From positions 1-30,155 of the forward strand of contig CAWDLW010000022.1 of assembly GCA_963803145.1 (NCBI GenBank): 30,155 nt of DNA. Reading direction: 5' to 3'. This DNA is from Methanotrichaceae archaeon. Its GTDB lineage: Archaea; Halobacteriota; Methanosarcinia; Methanotrichales; Methanotrichaceae. Both the position numbers and the translations under genes were made by a program. Below the pieces are notes generated by a model. The model saw only the letters and a list, made by a program, of their open reading frames with translations. It had not been told where the DNA came from and searched no databases. This document shows, piece by piece, positions 18,498 to 28,151 of this stretch (position 1 is the stretch's first letter; each line of letters opens with the position of its first letter).

Positions 18498-18854
18498 CTA
18501 GTTTTTTATATCCATCTTAGTTTCGATGTATTCTTTCAACGCCACAGCATTGTTATGCTCTTCATCTTTGGCTCCATATAGCAGGATAACATCGCCCTCT
18601 CTCGCTTTGGCGATGATCCGATCTACCAGTTCTTTCTTATTATCGAGTTCTTGAAAGTACCTTTTCCTGAACTCATTCCACTTATCAGGATCATGTCCAA
18701 ACCATTTTCTCAATTCGTTGCTCGGGGCGATCTCTTTTTGCCAAAGATCCACTTTTACTTCATCTTTTCTAAGGCCCCTTGGCCAGAGCCTATCCACTAA
18801 TATTCTGAAACCGCCGCCTGTGGAGGCATTATAAATCCTTTCTATCCTTATCAT
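18498..18854 (-). CDS. DUF488/YeaO-family protein
   Basis: [40 protein letters not shown] and [17 protein letters not shown]. Start is probably ATG 18854. Confidence 0.92.
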   Translation of the reverse strand: MIRIERIYNASTGGGFRILVDRLWPRGLRKDEVKVDLWQKEIAPSNELRKWFGHDPDKWNEFRKRYFQELDNKKELVDRIIAKAREGDVILLYGAKDEEHNNAVALKEYIETKMDIKN

Positions 18855-19095
18855 TTCATCTTTTCTCATTCTTAATGGAGTCAAAAAGATTAAACTCTTT
18901 TCGGTAAAAGAAATGCAAATAAAATAGCAACTGAACAGCTATTACTCCGAGAACATCGCTGCAAAGCTTTAACCAATTAACCAAGGCATCATCCTTCCAG
19001 GTTTTTAGCATAGTTCTTTCCAATGCAAGGTTGAAATATCAGGATTAATGAGGGATATATAAAGTAATCCCACATTCAGCATCTTCTAGATGCCA

Positions 19096-19272
19096 TTAAC
19101 GATTGAAAATGTGTATAAATGACCTCAGATCATTTCTTAGGCTGAACCCGCCTATCCATTTCTTGGCCCGAGACAGATATTGCTCGGACCTTGTTCGTAT
19201 TATGGATAACAGGCGAAGTATTAATGCGGATATCACAACAACAATCACAGTTGCCCAAAATTTTAATTTCAT
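19096..19272 (-). CDS. Putative 58-aa single-pass membrane peptide, or 5' remnant of a secreted-protein gene
   Basis: Below the ORF-track cutoff. AGGTG RBS 6 nt before the ATG. MKLKFWATVIVVVISALILRLLSIIRTRSEQ... Confidence 0.4.
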   Translation of the reverse strand: MKLKFWATVIVVVISALILRLLSIIRTRSEQYLSRAKKWIGGFSLRNDLRSFIHIFNR

Positions 19273-19711
19273 TTAAAACACCTAAGCTATACGCTCAAAT
19301 ATATTTGCTGCAGAAGACATTTAAAATTTTTGGAACTTGGTCTCCATTGACCTAATCACATATCTGTTGGATCTTCCTTTATATTTGTAGATATAATATT
19401 ACTAAATCAATTCGATTTGGAATGAATTAAGTTTTCATAATATTATTTGGAGCCTTTTTGATCAAATATAAGAAAAATTTTCACATGGTCCATTATGCAA
19501 ATACCAGTCCTAAATCGCAGAGGATTCTCAATACAGCGAAGCATACTATTGCCATTAGTTTAGCGGTATATTTAACGCTGATTTGCCTACTGGTAACGTA
19601 TTTCAGCGAATATTTAAAATAACATAGAAAAGTAATATTACCAAACATCCAAGTATGAACGATATGCTTGAACCCCTTCAGCATTGAATGACCATTGATT
19701 AAGGTGACTGA

Positions 19712-19993
19712 ATGGAAAAATCTCCTACAATAATACTTACAGCAGATGAGACCATGATGAGCAAATATAGGGGCGGCATATTTCTTGGATTTTCCACATG
19801 CTCGCCAAGAGGCATAATGCCTGACTGGCTTTACTTCGCTGCTTTTGCACCGCCTGTTCCAAGAGAAAACGGCAGAGTAGTTATCGATTATTCTTCTGGT
19901 TGTCGAATTGGCAAGCAGATAGAGGTTGCAGCCATTGGCGCCTTGCCTGAAATTAGCAGTATATTAGGGTCGATGGGATTAAGTCAAACGTAA
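19712..19993 (+). pseudogene. Truncated 5' fragment of an archaeal radical-SAM (COG1032-like) gene
   Basis: AGGTGA RBS. IILTADETMMSKYRGGIFLGFSTC...PPVPRENGR matches the N-terminus of that family as I recall it. Similarity ends after about 55 aa and there is no CxxxCxxC. Confidence 0.6.
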
Positions 19994-20041
19994 AAATTAA
20001 ATATAGAAAGTCGGCATAGCTCCAAATAATTGGGAGGGAAT

Positions 20042-20965
20042 ATGAAACATATAGGAATAGCTATCTTCGTTTTGCTATTGGCAATCTTAATTCCTATTGG
20101 AATTATAAAATGTAAAACATCGGATAATTACCCTCTGCCAAATGTTTCAAATATTGAGGTTAAGACAGTCCATGTGGGGGATATAGACATTGCTTACAAA
20201 ACCTTTGGCCAGGGCGAGCCACTAATAATGATTATAGGCAGCAGCTCAACTATGGATCTCTGGTCCCCGGAACTTCTTAGCAAGCTATCCTCAAACTATA
20301 AGGTCATCATCTTCGATAATAGAGGCATGGGATACACCACCGCACCACCTGGCAACTTCTCCATTGAGCAGTTTGCTGAAGATACCTCTGGGCTAATGGA
20401 CGCGTTAGGAATAAAGAGGGCCCACATCTTGGGCTGGTCCATGGGCTCATTTATAGCCCAGGAGCTTGTTTTAAACCACCCTGATAAGGTGGACAAGCTA
20501 GTATTATATGCAAGCGATTGTGGCGGATCTCATGCTATTCCTCCATCTGCAGAAGTACTACAGGAGCTGACCAACACAACAGGAAGCCCGAGCGAAAGAG
20601 GAATGAGGCTTTTTGGTCTCCTATTCCCTGAGGAATGGCTTAAAAGTCATCCAGATTTCTATAGGCAATTCCCAATTCCAAAGGAGACTACATCTCCAGA
20701 GAACATAGCTAGGCAAAATGCAGCCATTGGATATTGGGCGGGAACATACGATCGGCTTACAAACATAAGCAGGCCTACGCTCGTAATAGTAGGGACTGAA
20801 GATAAGATTGCGCCTCCAGAGAACTCACTGATACTGGCGATGCAAATACCGGGGTCCTGGTTAATCAGGTTTGAAGGAGCCGGACACGGCCTGATTTATC
20901 AGTTCCCTGATGAGTTTTCAAAGATAGTAGAAGATTTTCTCGATATGCCGAACGGGGGGCTATGA
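20042..20965 (+). CDS. Alpha/beta hydrolase with N-terminal signal/anchor
   Basis: FDNRGMG, GWSMG nucleophile elbow, GTEDKI acid and GAGHG His. Hydrophobic N-terminus and GGAGG RBS. Confidence 0.92.
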   Translation: MKHIGIAIFVLLLAILIPIGIIKCKTSDNYPLPNVSNIEVKTVHVGDIDIAYKTFGQGEPLIMIIGSSSTMDLWSPELLSKLSSNYKVIIFDNRGMGYTTAPPGNFSIEQFAEDTSGLMDALGIKRAHILGWSMGSFIAQELVLNHPDKVDKLVLYASDCGGSHAIPPSAEVLQELTNTTGSPSERGMRLFGLLFPEEWLKSHPDFYRQFPIPKETTSPENIARQNAAIGYWAGTYDRLTNISRPTLVIVGTEDKIAPPENSLILAMQIPGSWLIRFEGAGHGLIYQFPDEFSKIVEDFLDMPNGGL

Positions 20966-21003
20966 GACAAATAGCCTCCTTATTTTTATCTTCCTAACTA
21001 CGA

Positions 21004-21495
21004 TTGATAATCAATAGAGAACTATGGATAATTAAATCGGATCATCAGAAATTGCTGGACGGCATTGCCCAGCTCGAGAAGAATGCCGATGGCTCCAGAG
21101 AAGATAAATTCAATGCCGTGATGAAGGATAATCTGGATCATATGAGGGCCGAAGAGGATGTATTTTATCTTGCGATTAATCAGCAGGCTCCGGAGGCTAT
21201 GATGAAATCCATTGAGGCGCACAACATCGCCAGAATCTCAATGGATGATCTCTCATTAACGCCAAAGGATGATCCATGGTGGGTAGCTAAGCTGCAGGTC
21301 TTCAGGGACATATCTTTAAGCCATATCCGGGAGGAAGAAGGCCCTATATTTGATATCGCCAAAAGCATTATAGACAACGCTGAGCTTCAAGAGATGGGCC
21401 TGAGATTCCAGCATGCAAAAGGAGCCAGTACACTGCATCAACCCACGTCAGAAGCATCAATAGGCAGCGGCAGGTGGAGTGGTTTTAGCACCTAA
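21004..21495 (+). CDS. Hemerythrin/HHE cation-binding domain protein
   Basis: IKSDH, HMRAEEDVFY, EAHN and HIREEEGPIF di-iron motifs. Start codon uncertain. Confidence 0.85.
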   Translation: MIINRELWIIKSDHQKLLDGIAQLEKNADGSREDKFNAVMKDNLDHMRAEEDVFYLAINQQAPEAMMKSIEAHNIARISMDDLSLTPKDDPWWVAKLQVFRDISLSHIREEEGPIFDIAKSIIDNAELQEMGLRFQHAKGASTLHQPTSEASIGSGRWSGFST

Positions 21496-21523
21496 AATAC
21501 ATGCCCTAAAATACAGGCAAATA

Positions 21524-21550
21524 AAGTCCCCGGAAATTTGCCGGGGACTT
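21524..21550. terminator. Perfect 10-bp GC-rich inverted repeat
   Basis: AAGTCCCCGG-AAATTTG-CCGGGGACTT between the hemerythrin and cupredoxin genes. Confidence 0.55.
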
Positions 21551-21615
21551 CCCGCTCCGTCCTCTCCACTCCGGCGAGTTAAATTTAATACTATAGAGTA
21601 TAGAAATATTTAGAG

Positions 21616-22356
21616 GTGGTTGGATTGAACGGATTCTTCAAGATCCTCCTTCTTTTGGCATTGATTCTAGGATTATCGACTTGTACGCAGGCAAGCGCAC
21701 CTTCGAGCCAGGGATTGCCTCCAGGCAAGCTGATAGATATAAAGAATGGTACGTTCAACCCAGACAACCTTACAGTCCCCCTTAATACGACTGTTACATG
21801 GGCCAACCACGATATGAACCCCATTGATGTAGTTGCTGACGATAGCTCATTCGACTCTGGAGAGATTTACCCCAATGGTTACGAGTATGATTACATCTTC
21901 CTGCAGCCCGGAGCGTACAGGTATCATTCTAAAGAGAAACCATCCATGCAGGGGCAGGTAATTGTTGCCAATGCAAACGGCACTCTGCCCAAGGTTACTG
22001 AGCTGCCTGCGTCTACTGCGCTGGCCAACAAGACCGCTCAAGCCAATAAAACAACTCAGACACAAAAGATAACCATAGGACTTGTGGCCAAGAACATAGC
22101 CTTCAACACCAGCAAGATCACTGTGCCCGCTGATGCTCAGGTAACTATCAACTTCAATAATCAGGACAGCGGCGTGCCCCATAACTTTGCAGTCTATCAA
22201 TCATCCGCAGCCACAAACGCTATATTCAAGGGGCAGATAGTGACCGGCCCCGCTAAGACCACATATACATTCACCGCTCCAGGCAAGCCGGGCACATACT
22301 ATTTCCAGTGCGATGTCCACCCAACTCAGATGAATGGTCAGTTTATGGTACAATAG
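21616..22356 (+). CDS. Secreted two-domain cupredoxin (domain 1 lacks Cu ligands, domain 2 intact)
   Basis: Signal peptide. Domain 1 is a plastocyanin-like fold ending YRYHSKEKPSMQG. Domain 2 is PHN...CDVHPTQM. Start is GTG 21616 or TTG 21625. Confidence 0.87.
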   Translation: MVGLNGFFKILLLLALILGLSTCTQASAPSSQGLPPGKLIDIKNGTFNPDNLTVPLNTTVTWANHDMNPIDVVADDSSFDSGEIYPNGYEYDYIFLQPGAYRYHSKEKPSMQGQVIVANANGTLPKVTELPASTALANKTAQANKTTQTQKITIGLVAKNIAFNTSKITVPADAQVTINFNNQDSGVPHNFAVYQSSAATNAIFKGQIVTGPAKTTYTFTAPGKPGTYYFQCDVHPTQMNGQFMVQ

Positions 22357-22520
22357 ACTCTAAAATTCTAAACCTGAGAATTCTGAATGAATCGTCCTTA
22401 GAATTTATTGAGTCCATTCATTTTTGGCATATTGGTTTGGTTAGAGGTTACCATAAAATTTATAATGACTTACTGCCCATAATATTGCTAATAGTAAATG
22501 GATTTTCGGGATATGAAACG

Positions 22521-24125
22521 GTGATCAAGCTTACAGTTCTGCTAGCTGCCTTTGCTGTCATGTTCTTGGTGTTAGTGCTCTACATAGTGCCGCAGCAGGG
22601 TGGGCTGATATCTTCTACGGAACTGCAAACATCTAACCTTCAAGGGGTACCCCCGCAGCTCGAAGAGAATGTGCCCATCCAGGAGGTAGATTTGGGCGGA
22701 CAGGGCAGGTCGATCTTCATCGCCGTTGCAATGCTTGGCCACATTCTCCTCGCCAATCTGCAGCTCGGAGGAGCATGGATCATTCCTCTCACCGAATACC
22801 TTTACCTCAGATCAGGAAAGAAGCGATTTAGGAGACTCGCCAGATCCCAGACGCTTTTCAACGTCATATTCTTCAGCGTAGGGGCTACATGGGCTCTCGG
22901 AGGAATGCTCTTCTTCGCAGGCCTCTTTCCGGTCTTTACCCAAAACATATTCCATATCTACTGGTGGCCTCTATTTATCGAGGCCCTTACCTTCGCAGGT
23001 GAAATATTCTTCCTTTACTCTTACTGGTACACATGGGATAGGATCAGTGATGGGTGGCATCAGTTCCTTGGCTGGGCTCTCGCTGTTGATGTTTTCCTGC
23101 AGATGTTGATGATAGATACCCTGGCAGCTGGCATGCTGACCACAGGGGACAGTACCATAGTATGGGGATATTCGGGAATCCTCACAATGGCATGGAACAC
23201 ACTCATAGCCTGGTGGAGCAACTCAACCGTCTGGTTCCTCACATTCCACAGGCTGGCTGGAGCGGTATCTGTCTATGGTTACATAATAGCTGCACTGGCC
23301 ATGTTCCATTATCTGGATAGAAAGGATCAAGCCTCCAGGGCTTATTGGGACTGGGTAGCCACATACGGCATGGCCTTTGGGCTGCTGGGCCTCGCGTTTC
23401 AGCCCGGGTTCGGGCTCATGTACATGACGCAAATAAATCTCAACCAACCAGCGGCGTTCAACTACATGATGCACGGCCCGAGGGCCTGGGAGATGCTATG
23501 GATGGTAGTGCTTCTCTCAACGCTGCTCATAGTCTCGCTTATATACTTCATAGATCGCCATAAAGGGACACTCTCTAAACAAAGGACTTTCAACATCTAC
23601 CCAATGTGGAAGATACTCCTAGCCTTTGCCGCCTTGGCTTGGTTCATCAACGCGAACCCTGCTTGGTTTGGGACACTCTTCGTAAATAGTCCGAGTGCAG
23701 TGGCCAACCCAGCTGGCGCAATGGTCTATAAGTACATAGCCCTATTTACAATAACAATAATAGCATCATTGGTCGTGGGATCTGCGGTTTTCATACTTGG
23801 GAGCCTCGATGAGCCTGATTGGGGACACATCTCCAAATCTTCCAGGGCGGCTGCCATCATTTCGGCCATCCTGGCTATGTGGGTAATCATAGTCATGGGA
23901 TTCGTGAGGGAATCGGCCAGATCCCCCTGGACTATCTTTCAGATTGTACCCGTGCCTGGAGGGACTGATTACCCGACGCCGATATCCGTATGGGCTATAT
24001 TCCTGATCTGGTTTGGCCTGCTAGGTTTCTCGATTACAGTGTTCTGGTTCGTCTCCAAAGTAACCGCAGAGCATCCTGAAGATGTCGATGTGCTTGAACC
24101 AGCCGCTCAAGCATGGAAGGATTGA
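22521..24125 (+). CDS. cydA: Cytochrome bd oxidase subunit I-like protein (CydA superfamily, non-quinol OR-N-like type), copy A
   Basis: GHILLAN (H19-equivalent), IEALTFAGE (E99/E107-equivalents), FHRL (H186), GAMVYK (candidate Met ligand) and GFVRESARSPW (E445/R448). Multiple TM helices. GTG start at 22521 chosen by alignment with copy B. Confidence 0.82.
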   Translation: MIKLTVLLAAFAVMFLVLVLYIVPQQGGLISSTELQTSNLQGVPPQLEENVPIQEVDLGGQGRSIFIAVAMLGHILLANLQLGGAWIIPLTEYLYLRSGKKRFRRLARSQTLFNVIFFSVGATWALGGMLFFAGLFPVFTQNIFHIYWWPLFIEALTFAGEIFFLYSYWYTWDRISDGWHQFLGWALAVDVFLQMLMIDTLAAGMLTTGDSTIVWGYSGILTMAWNTLIAWWSNSTVWFLTFHRLAGAVSVYGYIIAALAMFHYLDRKDQASRAYWDWVATYGMAFGLLGLAFQPGFGLMYMTQINLNQPAAFNYMMHGPRAWEMLWMVVLLSTLLIVSLIYFIDRHKGTLSKQRTFNIYPMWKILLAFAALAWFINANPAWFGTLFVNSPSAVANPAGAMVYKYIALFTITIIASLVVGSAVFILGSLDEPDWGHISKSSRAAAIISAILAMWVIIVMGFVRESARSPWTIFQIVPVPGGTDYPTPISVWAIFLIWFGLLGFSITVFWFVSKVTAEHPEDVDVLEPAAQAWKD

Positions 24126-24297
24126 GGTGTCACTCGATGTGCGATTCGAGATTGACATTTAATGAGGCGGAAGAATATACTGCGGATAGCAGCGCTAGAG
24201 ATGACATCTCTGTTCATAAGGGGTTTCACGCATTGTCAATCACTCCAAAGGATAGTGGTCTCATAATCAATGCTCATGTAGAGAGGGAATGGGCCAT

Positions 24298-25893
24298 ATG
24301 ATAAAGCTGGCAGCCTTAGTACTATTGCTGGTGGCCTTCTTCCTGATGCTGATCCTGTATATCGCTCCACAACAGGGAGCGTTTATATCTTCAACTGCCA
24401 TCAGTGCGGGCGATCTTGACGCGGTAAAACCGCCATTGCAAGAAAATCAGCTGCCCCTTCAAACTGTAGATTTGGGAAGCCAAGGAAGATCCATATTCAT
24501 GGCTATAACCCTAACAGGCCACATCCAACTGGCGAACCTAGCGCTGGGCGGGTCCTGGATAATTGTGATAACTGAGTTCCTTTTCCTGAGATCCAGAAGA
24601 GAGCGCTATAGAAATCTGGCCAAATCCATGGCCTTCTTCAGCGTTATACTATTCTCAGTCGGTGCTACCTTTGGTGCGTCAGCACTACTTTTCATTTACT
24701 CACTTTATCCTGTCTTCATGCTTAATATCTTTCATATCTATTGGTGGCCCATTTTCGCAACGCTTCTACTATGGAGCGCTCAAATTTTCTTCCTTTGGCT
24801 ATATTTCTACACATGGAAGAGCATGAGACCCTCATCGCACTTATTCATAGGCCTCGGTTATGCCATCGCATCCTTCTTCCAGGCTTTAATGATACAGATG
24901 ATGGGATCAGGAATGTTGACGCCTAATAATACTGAGATTACATGGGGCTACATTGGCGTTCTGACAATGGACTATAGAACACTACTCTCATGGTGGTTCA
25001 ACCCAACCCTATGGGCTCTCCAGTTCCACAGTCTGGCAGCGGCCATATCCTACTTCGGCTTCCTTATAGCCGTATTATCCATGTTCCACTATCAGGATAA
25101 GAAGGGCAGTCCAAATGCTCAGAAGTATTGGGACTGGTCGGGATCTTACGGCATGGCCTGGGGCCTGGCAGGACTCGCAGTTCAGCCCATCCTAGGTGTG
25201 TTCTTCATGAGGCAGATAATAGGTGCCAGTCCCACGGCCTTCCTGATGATAATGCATGGTCCTAGGGCCTGGGAGATGCTATGGATGGCGGCGCTGCTTT
25301 CAATCCTCATAATGACCTCAGTAGTTTATTTTATCGACCGCAGGGGGGCAATATTGGATCGGATCGAAACTAAGAACATAAGCCTTACACTTAAGGCCTT
25401 ACTGGCAGTTTCAGCGATCTCAGCCTTTATATTGGTAAACCCGGGTTGGCTTGGTGCCGCGTTCAGGGATGATCCCACAGCCTGGATCAATCCATTAGGC
25501 AAGATGATTTACAAATACATAGCCCTCGCCGTATTATCCGTAGTAAGCATTATCGTGGTCATAATAGATGTCTTTACTCTGGGCGTTGCCAAAGAGCAGG
25601 ATTGGGGCAACCTTCACAGGAGTTCTCGTATCTCCGGCATCTTCGCAGGGGTTCTAGGAATGTGGATTGTGATGACTATGGGGTTTGTCAGGGAATCGGC
25701 CAGAGCCCCTTGGACCATTTGGAAGATTATACCTGTGCCGGGAGGAATGAATGATCCTACACCAATATCTTTGGGAAGCATCTTCATAGTATGGGGGATA
25801 CTTCTTGCCTTCTTACTGGCGGTCTTCTGGTATGTGTCGAAGGTGACTGCAGAGGTAACTGTGAAGCACCACGAGGAACCAGAGGAGGAATAG
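24298..25893 (+). CDS. Second CydA-like paralog (CydA-prime-like), copy B
   Basis: Colinear with copy A: GHIQLAN, FHSL, GKMIYK and GFVRESARAPW. The two Glu positions read T and Q (FATLLLWSAQ). Confidence 0.82.
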   Translation: MIKLAALVLLLVAFFLMLILYIAPQQGAFISSTAISAGDLDAVKPPLQENQLPLQTVDLGSQGRSIFMAITLTGHIQLANLALGGSWIIVITEFLFLRSRRERYRNLAKSMAFFSVILFSVGATFGASALLFIYSLYPVFMLNIFHIYWWPIFATLLLWSAQIFFLWLYFYTWKSMRPSSHLFIGLGYAIASFFQALMIQMMGSGMLTPNNTEITWGYIGVLTMDYRTLLSWWFNPTLWALQFHSLAAAISYFGFLIAVLSMFHYQDKKGSPNAQKYWDWSGSYGMAWGLAGLAVQPILGVFFMRQIIGASPTAFLMIMHGPRAWEMLWMAALLSILIMTSVVYFIDRRGAILDRIETKNISLTLKALLAVSAISAFILVNPGWLGAAFRDDPTAWINPLGKMIYKYIALAVLSVVSIIVVIIDVFTLGVAKEQDWGNLHRSSRISGIFAGVLGMWIVMTMGFVRESARAPWTIWKIIPVPGGMNDPTPISLGSIFIVWGILLAFLLAVFWYVSKVTAEVTVKHHEEPEEE

Positions 25894-25950
25894 CTGTCCA
25901 GTTGCTATCAAACTAATGCTATAATATATTCGAGACGAAAGGAGATAAAG

Positions 25951-27225
25951 TTGTACAAGCAAATTTTTGTGGCTCTTGACGGATCAATACACTCTGATCT
26001 TGCTAAAGACGCAGCTCTTTCACTGGCGGAAAAAGGAAGCAGCGTTCATCTGATAGGCTGCCATGCTTATGCAGCCAGCCTTCATCGTACCCGGTTCGGC
26101 GATATGGAGCCAGGACTCCCTGAAGGCTATAGCGGTGAAGGTCTGGTTAACCTTAGGAGGACCCACGAAGGTCTAATAGGAGAGGGCTTGCAGCTAATAT
26201 CGGACTCCTACCTGGAGCCGCTTGTTAAAGGAGCTATTGATAAAGGAATTGAATATGAATGTGCAACTCCCGAGGGACGAAATTATATACAGATCCTCAG
26301 GGCTGCTGGAGAGCGAAAAGCAAATCTTCTCGTCATGGGTGCTCAAGGGCAGGGACGAGCTGAGGGCCTGGGAAGTACGGCCGAACGCGTTCTCCTTTAT
26401 TCTCAGGGAATGGATGTTTTACTGATGCGTAGTCCCTGGAGCTTTGCCGGCAAATCTATTCTCGTTGGCATAGATGGCAGCGTTGATAGCTATTATGCCA
26501 TGATGCGGGCTATAGAGATAGCTAAAGCCTTCAATGCCCAGATCGAAGCGGTTTCAGTCTACGATCCCTTCTTCCATTCGATGGTTTTTAAAAGAATATC
26601 GAAATCATTACCTGAGAAGGCTAAGGAGCATTTTGATTTATCAGCCCAAGAGAAGATTCACGACGATGTAATCGATGAAGGGTTGAAGAGGCTTTACAGC
26701 GACGGGCTGAAGAAGGGCATACGCCTGGCTGATGCTGAGGGTATAAAGGCCCGTGCAGAGGTGCTGGCAGGCAAGGTATGTGCCCAAATTCAGGATTTTG
26801 TCTCTAAGAAAGATATTTCTCTTATCGTTTTGGGTCGTTGGGGACTTCATAAGGAGCAGGAATCAATGATAGGTTCAAATGCTTTGAGGCTTGCCCGATC
26901 GAACCTCCCAAGCGTGCTGATTGTATCTACGGGGGCTTCTCCAGACAATCCAGACAGAATTTCGGGCCAAATTTCTGCAGCAGAGGACGGTGGTGCTTTG
27001 GACATCAATTATGCAAAAAAAGGAGTTGAGCCGCTTGACGCCGAGGTGGTGGTAATGCATAAGACAAAAAGATTTGCTCCGGATTTTCACAGGCATATGC
27101 TTAGAGGCAAGATTCAAGGAAAGATAATCAATATAGGTGAAAGTATATTGATCTATACGGTCGATGAGACCGTTCCTGCCGGTCCTGTAAGAGTGACTGA
27201 ACGAACCAGGCTGGAGGTGCGCTGA
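25951..27225 (+). CDS. Tandem universal stress protein (2x USP) with extra C-terminal beta domain
   Basis: IFVALDGS, LLVMGAQG..GLGSTAERV, ILVGIDGS and LIVLGRWG..IGSNA. GGAG RBS and TTG start. Confidence 0.9.
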   Translation: MYKQIFVALDGSIHSDLAKDAALSLAEKGSSVHLIGCHAYAASLHRTRFGDMEPGLPEGYSGEGLVNLRRTHEGLIGEGLQLISDSYLEPLVKGAIDKGIEYECATPEGRNYIQILRAAGERKANLLVMGAQGQGRAEGLGSTAERVLLYSQGMDVLLMRSPWSFAGKSILVGIDGSVDSYYAMMRAIEIAKAFNAQIEAVSVYDPFFHSMVFKRISKSLPEKAKEHFDLSAQEKIHDDVIDEGLKRLYSDGLKKGIRLADAEGIKARAEVLAGKVCAQIQDFVSKKDISLIVLGRWGLHKEQESMIGSNALRLARSNLPSVLIVSTGASPDNPDRISGQISAAEDGGALDINYAKKGVEPLDAEVVVMHKTKRFAPDFHRHMLRGKIQGKIINIGESILIYTVDETVPAGPVRVTERTRLEVR

Positions 27226-27227
27226 GA

Positions 27228-28151
27228 TTGCAGATCCTATCCCTGCAGGGCATCTCAAAATCTTATGGTAAAAATAGAGTCCTCGATGGCATAGACCTTG
27301 AAGTCTATAAAGGAGAGATATTTGTCCTCCTGGGATCCAATGGCTGTGGAAAATCAACGCTTCTACGGATAATGGCGACTTTGCTCAAGCCTGATTCAGG
27401 TGAAGCATTGCTCTTCGGCTTGAAAAGCAGTCCAGAAATCCTGAAGCATGTTGGGATCATGTTCGACCATACAGCCCACTGGGATAAGCTCACTGGATAC
27501 GAGAATGCCTGGATGTTTGCCCGATCTTACGGCCTTCCCAATAATGTGGCGGCTTCAAGGCTTGATAGCCTCTTCAAATGGATAGGACTTTCTGAAAGAC
27601 GCGATGAAGCTGTTACAGCCTATTCCTACGGCATGAGGCGCAAGCTGTCGCTTATAGAGGCACTTGTACATGAGCCCGATCTGCTTCTGATGGATGAGCC
27701 CTCAATGGGACTGGATTATACATCCCGTTTGGCTATTTATTCTCGTCTTCGGCAGCTGGCAGAGAAGGGCATAGCAATAATATTGTCTACCAACGATGTA
27801 AGCGAGGCCGAGCTCCTGGCCAGCAGAGTCGCCCTCCTAAAAAATGGGCATATTATTGCCCTAGATCAACCTGAGAATCTGGTGTCATCGCTCAATGCTC
27901 TGACCAGGATCGAACTGAAGCTGGCTGTGCCCATATCCATAGAATCCATAAGAGGAATCAGAGGAATAGTGAAGGTAGAAGCGAATGGTGATGAGTTAAG
28001 GATACTTGCGGCCTCAAATCATGATTCACTATCGTCAGTAGTGAAAGAGGTAACAACGCTTGGGGGAGTGATTCAGAAGATCGAGGTAAAGGAGCCCAAT
28101 CTTGGAGATGCATTCCTGAAGTTTGCCGGGGAGGACATCGATGCTGCCTAA
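27228..28151 (+). CDS. ABC-2-type transporter ATP-binding subunit
   Basis: Walker A GSNGCGKST, signature YSYGM, Walker B LLMDEP and C-terminal PNLGDAFL. Confidence 0.93.
   Translation: MQILSLQGISKSYGKNRVLDGIDLEVYKGEIFVLLGSNGCGKSTLLRIMATLLKPDSGEALLFGLKSSPEILKHVGIMFDHTAHWDKLTGYENAWMFARSYGLPNNVAASRLDSLFKWIGLSERRDEAVTAYSYGMRRKLSLIEALVHEPDLLLMDEPSMGLDYTSRLAIYSRLRQLAEKGIAIILSTNDVSEAELLASRVALLKNGHIIALDQPENLVSSLNALTRIELKLAVPISIESIRGIRGIVKVEANGDELRILAASNHDSLSSVVKEVTTLGGVIQKIEVKEPNLGDAFLKFAGEDIDAA

Noticed and set aside
19493-19684. 63-aa minus-strand ORF
   Set aside because: No RBS or recognisable motif, in AT-rich intergenic DNA.
22308-22520. 71-aa N-terminal extension of CydA copy A in the ORF track
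   Set aside because: It overlaps the upstream gene and AT-rich intergenic DNA. The paralog alignment supports GTG 22521.
24113-24301. 62-aa ORF between the cydA genes as a CydX/CydS-like small subunit
   Set aside because: It is hydrophilic with no TM helix and no motif, so it is probably incidental.
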